64,000 bases of DNA from the NCBI GenBank assembly GCA_020137815.1, contig CM035357.1:2480001-2544000 (forward strand), written 5' to 3'. This document shows, piece by piece, positions 35,566 to 47,168 of the stretch. Under the pieces are notes generated by a model that saw only the letters and a program-made list of their open reading frames with translations, did no database searches and was not told the DNA's origin. The DNA comes from Hormiphora californensis. Its lineage: Eukaryota > Animalia > Ctenophora. The position numbers and the translations under genes were made by a program. Position 1 is the first letter of the stretch. Each line of letters opens with the position of its first letter.

Positions 35566-37301
35566 GGGGGGGGGGGGGGGGGCCCGCGTATTAAAATGTC
35601 CTTTAATGTCCCTCGATTTTTGGGACATTAAATTGTCCGTTATTATTTAGGACATTAAAAGACATTAAAGGACATTATAAGACATTAAAAGACATTAAAT
35701 TATAACTTCCAAAAACCATTCCAAAATGTGTTACCAAACATGTTTACCACCAATGTACTACTAAAGGTCCCATCTTTCGATTCCAATGAATGTCATAAAT
35801 GTTCACTGGTGATTAGGCTTACTTTTGTGTGGGGCGTGGGTGCGGTACCTATTTTACATACATGCATATTTCTAGCCTAGACGATATCTCAAAATCATCT
35901 TATGAAACGAGTAGAAAAGACACCGAAGGCTTTAGAGTGAGAGAGAACAGCCCCGATTTTGATGAAACTTGGTCAGAATAGTGTTTGGTGTCAAAAAAAT
36001 TTAGTGCTCAACTCCTAAATTGGGGGGGGTGCAGCCCCAAAAAAATTCAAACTTTTTCCGAAACCCAGGGTATGGTTGGTTTTTTTTGGTCGTTTTTGGT
36101 CGTTTTTGGTTGAAATTTCTTTGATTTTTTTTGGTCGTTTTTGATTTTTTTTGGTCGTTTTTGATTTTTTTTTATCGTTTTTGATTTTTTTGATCGTTTT
36201 TGATTTTTTTTGAATTTTTTTGATCGTTTTTGAATTTTTTTTGATCGTTTTTGATTTTTTTTGATTGTTTAATGTTGAACAAAAAGTTCAAAAAAATCAA
36301 AAACGATCAAATAAAATCAAAAACGATCAAAAAAATTCAAAAAAATCAAAAACGATCAAAAAAAATCAAAAAAGATCAAAAAAAATCAAAAAAGATCAAA
36401 AAAAATCAAAAAAGATCAAAAAAAATCAAAAAAGATCAAAAAAAAATCAAAAAAAATCAAAAACGACCAAAAAAAATCAACACTTTTGAAAATCCAGGGT
36501 ATGGTTGGTTTTTTTTTGGGCTGCACCCCCCCCCTAAATTTACGATTTTTAGGTTTTTTAGGTTTTTTGGTTTTTATGGGTTTCAGGAACGTCCTAGAAC
36601 AAAATGAATAGAACCATCCTTCTCAGCGTGAAATTCTGTATCGATTTTAGTGGCTATAAACCTTTCTATGACGTAGAGTTATCCCAAACGGGTACATGTT
36701 ATAGGGGCGGGTACATGTTTTAGGCTAACGGGCAAACCTCTTGTCAGAACACCATGTTATAGGTACTCAATCGACGTGTATTGGTGAGGAAATCATTTTA
36801 GTGAAAACCATTTTGATCTGCGATGTCTGTGTAACGAATAAAACCTAAAAAACCTTACCACATGAAGCATACCCGTTTGGTTTTTTGGGATAACTACGTC
36901 ATAGAAAGGTTTATAGCCACTATGATCGATGCAGAATTTCACGCCGAGAAAGATGATTCTATTTATTTTGTTCTAGGACGTTCCTGAAACCTTGACATTT
37001 AGTCCAAAACTTCAAAATTTCCGGGGTTCGCTTAGAGGTACAGGGCCACCCTAAAATGAGGCTTAATCACCCCCAACATCTATGGTATTGGTTGGAATCG
37101 ATAGAGGGGACATTAGAAGTAAATATTAAGTGGTTGAAAACACCATTTTAGTTTAATAATAGCTGAAAATTCATGTTTTAATTGAATGTCCTTTAATGTC
37201 TTTTAATGTCTTTTAATGTCCTTTAATGTCCCAGGGACATTAAAGTCAGACGCGTTTATTTAGGACATGGATATTAAATTCACGCGGCCCCCCCCCCCCC
37301 C
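35566..37301. mobile_element. 1.74-kb non-autonomous TIR element with poly-G/poly-C termini, 8-bp TSD
   Basis: ATCGTGAT|G-run CCCGCG ... CGCGG C-run|ATCGTGAT; empty site at 40599-40606; subterminal GACATTAAA repeats; internal inverted repeats. Confidence 0.88.
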
Positions 37302-37586
37302 ATCGTGATATAGATAAAAACCTTACAGCTATAATACTCTCACAATCACATATAAAATGTAGTTCATGCAAAATAACTATAATCTAATTCATAACTGTGA
37401 TTTAAAACCCCAAATCTTTCCCTGAAAAAAATTTTAATTTGATTAAAAAAGAATTTCCCGAATAATTTTAACCATCATAAAACCGAATTTTAACTTTTTT
37501 GAAATTTAAAAACGACTATTTAAACGCTAAATCCCTTGAAGGTTTGGGGATAAAACTTTTTAAAACGCTAAATGCTGTTGGAATTT

Positions 37587-38785
37587 TCGCTGGCCGAAGA
37601 ATCTCGACGATATCAATTATGTGGAGATCGCAGTGGGTGATTACTTGGTTCCGTAGCTCGTGTGGCAAGCACGCTGGTACCACCTGAGAGGGAGAGAGGA
37701 AGAGAGAGAGAGAGAGAGAGATCATGCGTGGCACGTGTGGTTTTCTAGAAGGTAAGTTATAGGAATGCAAATGATTTACTAGTTACGAAGTAAATCCAAA
37801 CTAGAGAATCAGATGACATACCTGCATACCAAATGTTAGCAGATACAAAATATACGCGACCTACCTCTTTTCCCCGCTCATCTACATACAAGGCAGGGCA
37901 ATATGTGGTAACGTAGCATTTTCTCGCGAATTCCTTCATGCTGTATCTGGTCTCAAAGAACCTCCAAAACCGTTCTCCTTCCGGGTCCGCCCTAAGAGTT
38001 TCCCATCCCGTGACAGGTAGTTTCTCGTGGGAGACTTTGGGGGAACTAAAAATATTAGATTCAGGACTTTATAAGGTAAAATAATTAGAGATCATAAATA
38101 ATGGTATTGTTTTTTCATTTTGTCTTCTCCAAATATTCACCTGATTTCAAGAGGTGGGACGTTGAGATATTCCTTCACATGTTTAGTATTTCCGAAGGGA
38201 ACACCATTCTGGGCCATGCCGTAGGGTGTAGCGCTCATCCCCACAAACAATATGGGCTTCTCGGCATTGCCGTACTTGCACACGTAGGCACAGTGCGGCT
38301 CACATGCATACACCAGGGGATTATACATCCTGGGGATCAGCCCGGTTAACTGGAAATTAGAATCGGACCTCGATTTACCGGGCCTCTACCCTAGTAAACA
38401 CTCTTTAACTTCCCTCAAATATTTTGGCAAATTTCACTGACAATTTCAGAATTTAGAATTTTCTAATAAACTTATACAGTCGGACCCCGATTTAGGGACA
38501 CCCTCGGGGGAAAGGCTCTTGTCCACTAAATCGGGGTGTCCACTAAATCGGGGTCAAATTAGGTTAGTTTCCTATAACGGGGGAAAAAAATCCTGTCCCT
38601 AAATCGGGGTGCCACTAAATCGGGGGCCCCTAAATCGGGGTCCGACTGTACTGCTGTTACTGGCAGTATATTGTTTTCGAAACTTACGTTAGTTTCCCTT
38701 TATCATGTCGTTCCAGGTTGGCTATGAGCCTCGCTTCGGAAGCAAATATCTGATGGGCCACATGAGTATCGTCTAATCCAAGCAT
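37587..38785 (-). pseudogene. Truncated second copy of the SMUG1-like gene (exons 38785-38688, 38329-38141, 38045-37865, part of exon 4); may be an uncollapsed allele
   Basis: Nearly identical to 26662-28170; similarity stops inside exon 4, so the HPAP-motif exon is missing. Confidence 0.8.
38477..38648. mobile_element. 172-bp Tc1/mariner-type MITE, TA TSD
   Basis: TA|CAGTCGGACCCCGATTTAGGG...TAAATCGGGGTCCGACTG|TA; absent at the paralogous site 28030-28040. Confidence 0.92.
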
Positions 38786-39044
38786 TGCAGGTGCCAGCTA
38801 ATTAATGAAATACAATCATTTAAACAAACCATTCTCAAGTATACATTATTGGAGCACGCTATTATACGAACTCACACACATTCAAAATCCTGCTCCCAAG
38901 TCCCAACTGCCGACGCTCTCGTTTTCTCGATATATTATTTTGGTCGCACGAAAACGATTTGATTCCTGATGTGCTGATCTTAACCATTCAAGTCAAAACA
39001 TCCAATCCATTGCCCATTTATACATAAAATTTTCCGATTTCCAA

Positions 39045-40231
39045 ACCAGACCGCCCGTAGGGGCAGGCAGAAGTTATGACGGAGAAACTCAAGACCTCTG
39101 ATGCAGATGCTGATCCACTGGAATGTGTTGATCTCTCGGTGGTGGAACTACTTCGTTATGCAATAAGAGACGTTTTGTTAATCAGGAATGGAACCAAACC
39201 GAGTCACCATCTCGTGGATGAAGAGCTGCGAATGTTATTCTTGGATTCCCGTCGATCACTGCCAGTAGACTACGCTCCAAGAAATTATAACGGAGATCAA
39301 TTCATGGCTTTCACCAAGAACCTCTGCCGTCATATTCTTCTGATAGCGAGGGAAGCGGGACAATGTATGAAATATAAAGATGAAGCTGTCCGTATGAAAG
39401 AACGTCGGGAACTAGAGGAGTGTAATCGGAAACTCAAGGAGGTACAGAAAGAGCTTGGCTTATTCAAGGAAGAAGTCGATAAACACCGAGTAGCAAGGAT
39501 TGAATTACAAGAGAAGCTGATTGAAGCACAAAAAAGTTTGATTGAAGTACAAGATCGGAAACTCAATTCGGTGTCGGAGTCTGTTCAGAAGCAACTGCAG
39601 GGCTACTCAAAAGTCCTTGTACAAAACTGCTCAGCGGCTATTGCACCATCCCGCCTACAAGCAGCATGGAAGAAAGCGACAGTGCCTCTTCCTAAAAGTA
39701 GTACAACGGAAGAAGCAACTCCTGATCGAAAGCTGAATTTGGTTTTGTTTGGGCTACCAGAAACTACTGCAAGAACTACTGAGCATGAAGTTCGAGATAT
39801 TTTTACAGAGCTGAATGAAAAACCAGTCGTGTCTTCCACAAAGCGTGTTGGCGAAAAGACTGAAAACCGTCCAAGACCAGTAATCGTAACGCTTGAAAGG
39901 AGGGAAACCTTGTTGCAGCTTCTCAGGAAAGCAAAGCAGCTCCGGGATTCAGAGAAATTTTCCTCGGCGTTTCTTTCCCCCGACCTAACACCGGAGGAAC
40001 AGCGAGAACGGAAAACTCTCGTTGATACAGTGAAAGGACTGAGGCGAGACAATCCGAATGGACGATACTGGGTTAGCAGGGGGGTAATTAAATGTGGCTG
40101 ATTTCTAATCAGTGACATGTGCACTGAAGAGACTTCTAATGGGACTTATTAATGACTATCCGTTTCGCCCACAAAAAGGGGCAGTATATGTAATGTATAC
40201 ATTTTAGAGTTAATAATAATAATAATAATAA
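39045..40231 (+). mobile_element. ORF1-only non-LTR retroelement (1.19 kb)
   Basis: 12-bp TSD TCCGATTTCCAA (39033-39044, 40232-40243); (TAA)7 tail; empty site at ~28432-28443. Confidence 0.92.
39076..40101 (+). CDS. LINE ORF1-type protein (coiled coil + RRM + CTD, L1/CR1 ORF1 type), 341 aa
   Basis: Long E/K/Q-rich coiled coil followed by NLVLFGLPE, RVG, RPRPVIV, LLRKAKQLR, FLSPDLTPEEQRER motifs. Confidence 0.88.
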   Translation: MTEKLKTSDADADPLECVDLSVVELLRYAIRDVLLIRNGTKPSHHLVDEELRMLFLDSRRSLPVDYAPRNYNGDQFMAFTKNLCRHILLIAREAGQCMKYKDEAVRMKERRELEECNRKLKEVQKELGLFKEEVDKHRVARIELQEKLIEAQKSLIEVQDRKLNSVSESVQKQLQGYSKVLVQNCSAAIAPSRLQAAWKKATVPLPKSSTTEEATPDRKLNLVLFGLPETTARTTEHEVRDIFTELNEKPVVSSTKRVGEKTENRPRPVIVTLERRETLLQLLRKAKQLRDSEKFSSAFLSPDLTPEEQRERKTLVDTVKGLRRDNPNGRYWVSRGVIKCG

Positions 40232-40830
40232 TCCGATTTCCAATTCCCAGACCTGGGAAATTCCGAATTCGCGCCGGATTTCTGCACTGGAAAATTTCAA
40301 GATTTTGATATTTCTGCAAGACCGCAATTTATGGAAAAAACGCGCGGCGCGTTAAATATTTGCGCGGCTCATTTTTTTACATTGAGGATCTGGCTGTTTC
40401 AATTTACAAAGTTGAGACTGTGCTTCGATAAAAGCCTGATGTTTTCAGGACACGGTAGCAAATTAATGTTAGATCATGACAGTGACATTACATTCACATT
40501 TACAAGGCTAAAAAACTAAAATAGGAGCTACCACTATAATATAAACTCAAAGTCAAACGATTGCAATTAACTGTTTAACGCCACGGGTAGTGGGTACGAT
40601 CGTGATATAGATAAAAACCTTACAGCTATACTCTCACAATAACATATAAAATGTAGTTCATGCAAAATAACTATAATCTTAGTCTCAAATTCATAACTGT
40701 GATACTGAAACACTGTCAGTAAGCTAAATTTGAAAACTTGAAAATAAAACTACCAGTAGTATAATAACAGTCACAATTTGTGTAGCAGACTTTCAGTATA
40801 AAGTCAATTTCGAGAGTGTTTCTGAGGAAT

Positions 40831-43800
40831 TTAAATACACGCATCAGCAGATGTGATTTCATTTTCAATTTCATGTGACAGGGGGGTGCAGCTGTGGTCC
40901 CCATTATTGGTGATCTTTGCCCCGTCAATGATCGATGATCGGCCCCGGAGGTTCCTCAATTCAGCATAAGAATGGGGCAGGTTAACCTGCCGTGTCAGAC
41001 AAGTGTTTAAAAAGGCCAGACCGACTGACAGGAAAAGAAGGCCCCCTCCAACAACCAGACGGAGATTTTCCTTGGTTTCCCCGTCCTGACAATACGGCTT
41101 TCTCTCGTTTGTCTTGTCCAGGCAGTACGATTCAGTTAGGATGTGGAACAGCATCCCGAGCATGTAGGAAGCGTTTACACCTGAAGTAGGGGTTGTCATG
41201 TTACATTATAGGGGGACTGTGACGAGGGGGGTTATGTTATGGGACTGAGACTTGTTACAAACATGGGCCATGGCCATGGGGGCGTGGGGCAGCAAAAAAC
41301 GTTTTTATGCTTTCAGTTTCAATTACTGTCCCACATCTTATTATTTTTCTTCTGCAGAGGAGCTAATTTTGAACGACAACTATATTTGTGGCAGTCTGCC
41401 ATTGCAACACTATGGCTGTACTAAATACGGTCTTCCATTCAATTAGAACACATCAAAAGAGATATATTTCACTTTCAGTTCACACAAACTAGTGCTATAA
41501 TTTCGGCCAAATTACTTCCGGATTATCTCATAAAATAACTCAAGAACGGAAGACTAATTCCATCTTATCTGTCAGTGTCAAGCAGCTAGGAAATTTCGCC
41601 TAGCTAGACTATGTTTCGGGCGCCCCGAAATGTTAAGGAGGGTTAGAACATAACAAAGGAAATTAAACTGTTTGGTGAAACGTGAATCAGAAAGGATTAT
41701 GCTCACAATCAACACACACTTCACACTGAGGCGCCTAATAAGCGTGTTCGGTGTGACATCTACTACTTTCGGGCAGGTCATCCTGTCATCCAATCACCAA
41801 CAAACCCTGTCAAAGCATTGGCACAAACCTGTAATGTAGAGGCCACGGTTTAGTGTTGGGACCTGTTTGACTGTTGTAAAGGTCAGTGCAATGGAGGTAC
41901 TACACAGGAGTAGGGCACCCGTGGTAAACACTCTGAAGTGGGAGGGGGAGGGGTAGTTATCAATTAGCCAATTATAATATGATGAACTCATGCGAGAACT
42001 AAGAAAAAAAGTTACTAAATCCCAAGACTGACCTGATAAGGACCCAGTGTAGAATACTGATGCTCTCTTTTCGGAGCGTGTTCGTCTCGGCATTGCGCGT
42101 CGCGGGTGATGGAGCTAGCCCGGGTGAGCGAGCTAACAATAGTGAACTTCCATGCGATATAGTACATCGCGCGCATGTAATTGCACTATTGTTAGCTTGT
42201 TCGCCCGGGTTTGGTACAGTCTGCGGCGCGCAGTGTTGAGACGAACACGTTCCGAAAATGCAGGATAAGACTCACCTGGTAAGGGTCCATGGTTGGTTAT
42301 CCAGGAAGTCCACAGAGCTGGTAGTACTGCTAACCATCAGCAGCACCCCCGCTACCAAAACGCAAAACACGTTCACCACATAGAATAACATTGGCAGGAA
42401 TGTGAGACAGACAGCGAGGAAGCTCCCCACCAGAATAGTAGTTTGGATGACCATTGTTCTTTCAAATACGGTGCTGGAATGGTTCTGATCAGTAATTAGG
42501 ACCAGGAGTAACCGTTGGACGAAGCCCAGGGTGAGTAGGAACACCGCGTTAACGGCATACAGACGGTTCGTCTGGGGTTTAATAAGACAATCCTTCGCCC
42601 TCGGTCTCCTCACCGCACCATGGACCAACTTAACCCCACAATCGGCCGGCAGTGACTTTGTCTTCCCCTTGGCAACGAGATATCTCACTGACTCGGGGAC
42701 GATAAACAACCCCGCGGAGATGACACCCCCAGCAACAGCTAGAATGAGAGCCGCAAACCGCCATTGTTGTGTCATGTAGGTCACCCCAACCGTTACCATG
42801 GTTCCCAGAGTTGAGCATGTGAGGTAGAGTGCTGCCACAGCGCTACAGCACGGTAGGGTCGACATTTCCACTGCCCAAATAAGGACCGCCATACAGGCAG
42901 CACTGTTGAAGATCCCCTTAATAAACTCTTGGTAGGTGTACATGATCATATTACTGGATATGTAGTAGCTCATGGCGGTTAGGAAGGAGAAGAAGGTACA
43001 AATTAGAGTGACATTCTTCCGTCCCAGGGTATCGATGAAAATACCACCGATCAGAGAGCCGACAACAAGGCCTAGGTAATTGACCATGGTAGGTTCTACA
43101 GTTCGTTGTAGGGGGCAGTAGGAGTTGTATTCTAGGATGGGGGAGGAGGTGAATGTGTAGTTCCATTCGAAGTCAGAGTCAAGGTCCATCGAGCATAACC
43201 CACTTCGTCTGTCTCGGTTTCTCTGCAAATAAAGGAGGGGTTTCTAGGAGTTTGAAATTCAAATGAAACATGATTTGTCTTTCTCGGGGCGACCAGACTA
43301 CCTTACTCTCGTTTTTTAAGAAACGCTTTAGTAAGAAACTTTTTTATAAGAAACTTTTAAAATGTAAATTACACAATTCAGGGACGCCACAACAAAATAG
43401 AACACCCCTAACTTGTTTAGTTTCTTGATAAAGGAGAAATTCTTTTTGTTTTTGGATTGCTAACACCTGTAGTTTCCTAGAAAAAAAGTTTCTTATTTAA
43501 AAGTTTCTTGAAATATGCGAGCTTAATTAACGAGAGTAAGGTATTTAGTTGTTGACTAGTTAGTTGTTATAAATTCAGATTATACTCTTTAAATGGTATT
43601 ATTTAAAACAATTTGTTTTCATTTGACAAATTACAACTACACATTGAATTCTTTATAGTGTGCTCACAAAAGGGAAGCACTATTAATAATAGTATTATAA
43701 TAGTGCATGCACTATCCTTTCGAGGAATGCTCTTAAGAGGGGGAAAAGGATACATTGGTATTTTCTACTGCCCTATAATGAACTTCTTATACCAACAGCG

Positions 43801-44465
43801 TTCCCTATGGTGGGCGAACTCTAGTGCTAACGGACTCTATTATACCTCAAAGTGTTTACAGAGGGCGGTTATTCCGGTATGTTCCTCCACTGCACACCTC
43901 CATTTTGTCACCGATTCAGGAGTAAAGACAAGGTGGGTACTGGAGATAAATGAGATACCGGATATGGTCGACATCAGGACGAAAACCTGAAATGAGATCT
44001 TGGGTTATTTACAGAGTGGTACAGAAATAAATACAGCTGAACACCTGTAACGTAGGTTTTATAATTAGGGTTGGGATTGAAAATAGGGTGTCCCAGAAAC
44101 AGAGTTAGGGTTGAAAATAGGGTGTCCCAGAAACAGAGTTAGGGTTGAAAATAGGATGTCCTAGAAACAGAGTTACTGTTAGGGTTGAAAATAGGATGTC
44201 CCAGAAAGAGAGTTAGGGTTGAAATTAGGATGTCCCAGAAACAGGTTTAGGAATAGCCGATATAAGAGGAGCTGGGGTCTTCAAAAGAGCTTGGCAAGTA
44301 ATACAGCTGAATATAACCTACCAGGAATGATCTCCATGCCAGAATTCCTGGCCATTTTGAGCCAGTGTTGCTCTCCATCCACTCTCGCCACTGTGTGGGT
44401 CTCTGGTCACATTGTACGGGCCGGTATCGGATGTTGTCAAGCCATCGAGATACCCATCGAGACAT
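40831..44465 (-). CDS. SLC22-like / MFS organic ion transporter; exons 44465-44322, 43986-43846, 43222-42276, 41932-~41800, ~41180-40831 (last junction uncertain)
   Basis: TM1 followed by a Cys-containing loop (WRC..C..EWNY..SPILEYNSYC); MFS motif GIFIDTLGRK; WAVEM; QWR; VPESVRYL. Confidence 0.85.
42068..42258 (+). repeat. 190-bp intronic inverted repeat (long hairpin)
   Basis: Arms 42068-42143 and 42184-42258 are complementary if G-U pairs are allowed. Confidence 0.85.
43301..43541. mobile_element. TA-flanked MITE
   Basis: TA|CCTTACTCTCGTT ... AACGAGAGTAAGG|TA. Confidence 0.7.
44066..44250. repeat. ~34-bp intronic minisatellite
   Basis: Unit AGGGTTGAAAATAGG(G/A)TGTCCCAGAAACAGAGTT, about 5 copies. 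Confidence 0.9.
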
Positions 44466-44491
44466 GGTAATAGCGGGGCTGCAGCTGGCGG

Positions 44492-44800
44492 CTAGAGAGA
44501 GGTGGATAGTTTTGTTAGGTGGGGGTGCTAGGGTGGGGCTAGAGAGAGGTGGATTGTTTTGTTAGGTGGGGGTGCTAGGGTGGGGCTAGAGAGAGGTGAA
44601 TAGTTTTGTTAGGTGGGGGTGCTAGGGTGGGGCTAGAGAGGTGGATTGTTTTGTTAGGTGGGGGTGCTAGGGTGGGGCTAGAGAGGTAGATAGTTTTGTT
44701 AGGTGGGGGTGCTAGGGTGGGGCTAGGCCCTAGCCCCTAACAAAACTATTCACCTCTCCCTAGCCCGGCTAGGGAGAGGTGAATAGTTTTGTTAGGTGAA
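44492..44800. repeat. 45-47-bp minisatellite upstream of the SLC22-like start codon
   Basis: Unit CTAGAGAGAGGTGGATAGTTTTGTTAGGTGGGGGTGCTAGGGTGGGG x5, ending in an inverted copy. Confidence 0.9.
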
Positions 44801-45715
44801 GTAGCAATAGGGGCTAGGACTTTACACTCAAAGTTACAAGCACTCTCATAATAGTTCTGCAAAACCAACAGATAATGTGTTGCAAAAACGAATCTAAATT
44901 GTGTAGGCCATATATCTGAAATATCTCAAAGGATCTGGATATCAAGGAAAGGTAAACAGAAAATCAAATCTTTCATCGCTTTGATATATGGGATTATTTA
45001 TCTATCAGGGTGAAATCACTTTATCAAGGTATACGGACACAAAATCACATACACGAAGTATACACAGTATAACTAGGAGCTTGCTTAACCGCCTGAAAAC
45101 ATGTATTCACCCAGACATTATGACCAACTTGATAGGTATAACAGTAACCGACAGCTAGAGAAATATATGTAGTATATGCTGTCAGAGCATTGGCCTGACA
45201 GTAATCGAAAGAAGACACGTAGGTGAAAAAAGGGGGATTTTATATCCTTCTAGATGACCTATGTGGATAGATCAAGGACGGGATATTTAGAAAGAAAAAG
45301 AACTGATCTCTCGTGAGAGTATGAAAATTAAATTTATCTGTGCCTTTTATCCATAGAGAGGGGGACAGCTCCCATACCAGAAGAATGTGTAAAATCAAAT
45401 ATATATTATGTGGATAGCTGCTCTAGCCCCAACTAGTCGCCAGCTATTGTCACTCCACATGAGTCTAATTGAATTATCCAAAGGACAGACATCTCTAACT
45501 CGTCCAACGTCCACTGCAGGAAAGTCCATAGGCACAGCTAGCGCTGGAGACAAATCGATATAGTTATATTTTCCACCCTTCCACTCTAAATCGGGATCCG
45601 AATGTAGTTATTTTCCACCCTTGAATTTCTCCCAGCCACCCTTCCCCAGTTTCCTCATTATGCTGTTGAGAAATTTGTCTTGGTACTCAAAATAGAGTCA
45701 CGCCTAAGCGGCTCT

Positions 45716-45779
45716 TGGTTATGAAATTACCCCTCCGCAAAAGCCCACAATATAATAACAGGGGTGACTTCGTAACCAA
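45716..45779. mobile_element. 64-bp TIR mini-element
   Basis: Close match to 16371-16436; flanks AAGCGGCTC/GAGCGGCTT. Confidence 0.8.
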
Positions 45780-46072
45780 GAGCGGCTTACTGACTGATAA
45801 AACGAGCCTCTCCCTCTAATTTTATTCCCAAGGTTGTCAGAAGAAAGTCTCTTCTTCCAACCAACAACTTCTGGCTAGCATACTACTAAACTATTAGACT
45901 AGAAGGGGGGAGGAGATTGTTATGTTCTAACCATCCCTAAATGCTCACGAAAAGAGGTCGAGCTAAGCAAGAGAGAAAGAGACAGAGTATAATTATATCA
46001 TCCTAGTATGATCATCGGTTTTCAGGCTGTAAAAACTGAACCGCGGTCAAGATGAAGAAAAGCATCGACACA

Positions 46073-46084
46073 AGAGAGATAGAT

Positions 46085-46139
<55 letters not shown>

Positions 46140-46248
46140 CAGAGAGAGAGACAGAGACAGAGACAGAGACAGAGACAGAGACAGAGACAGAGACAGAGAC
46201 AGAGGCAGAGACAGAGACAGAGACAGAGACAGAGACAGAGACAGAGAG
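46073..46248. repeat. (AG)n/(AGAGAC)n microsatellite
   Basis: Read directly from the sequence; a (TC)n tract also lies at 46895-46990. Confidence 0.97.
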
Positions 46249-46669
46249 GTATATTAGCAGAGCTGAGAAAGATCAGAAAAAATAGTTTGGAATGATTTAA
46301 TGAAACAAATTAGTCCCAGATGATTAGTACACGTGCATATGCAATATACTGATAGAATTCAATTACAATCGTAAATATATTACGTATAATGAATAATGAG
46401 AATAAAAACATCTATTTGCCTGACCTTACCGCTATGTCAAAAAAGATATTGATTTCGAAATACATATTGGACAGGCTTGCATGCTTGGAATTTTTAAAAC
46501 CCCATTATGAAAGAGATAATTAATATTTTCTTCTTGAAGAAGTTCTTCCACAGAAGTTGTTACTCGGACGACTATTTGTCACCAACTTCAAGTTTAACAT
46601 GGGCTTTACTTGTAACACTCTGGAAAAAAAGGCGGGTCCATTTATATCGTGTTCGTTCACATATTGGGC

Positions 46670-46711
46670 TTGGTAACATAGACACCTGGTGCCAGGTGTC
46701 TATGTTACCAA
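46670..46711. mobile_element. 42-bp palindromic TIR-only element, perfect 9-bp TSD ATATTGGGC
   Basis: TTGGTAACATAGACACCTGG-TG-CCAGGTGTCTATGTTACCAA between two ATATTGGGC. Confidence 0.85.
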
Positions 46712-46891
46712 ATATTGGGCAAAGCAAAGGACGACTGATAAGCCTAATGAAAGATTTTGAATTGACCCCCCCCCCTCCCCTCCCCCCAGCCCCTTCAAGC
46801 AAATATGTAATTGTTATACTCAGTCTATCACAAAATATAAACAGAACATACTGCTACAGCATCGCCTCTCAGTCTTTCACCCTCATACATA

Positions 46892-46992
<101 letters not shown>

Positions 46993-47168
46993 GATCATTC
47001 TGTATGTCTCTCTCTTTCACACGTTCATTCTGTCTCCCTACTCTTGTTAGACCGACTATGTTATTCTTAGCACTGTGATAAGTAGACGGAGTTAGACGGA
47101 GTATAATAATAATAATATATACTGAAGTATGAAGTGAACTATGCAGCTCGGAAGTTGAATATATGATT

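Noticed and set aside
36251-36607. Lys-rich ORFs, and similar ORFs over AG/CT tracts (6377-6687, 46052-46285, 46507-47070)
   Set aside because: They are translations of low-complexity repeats.
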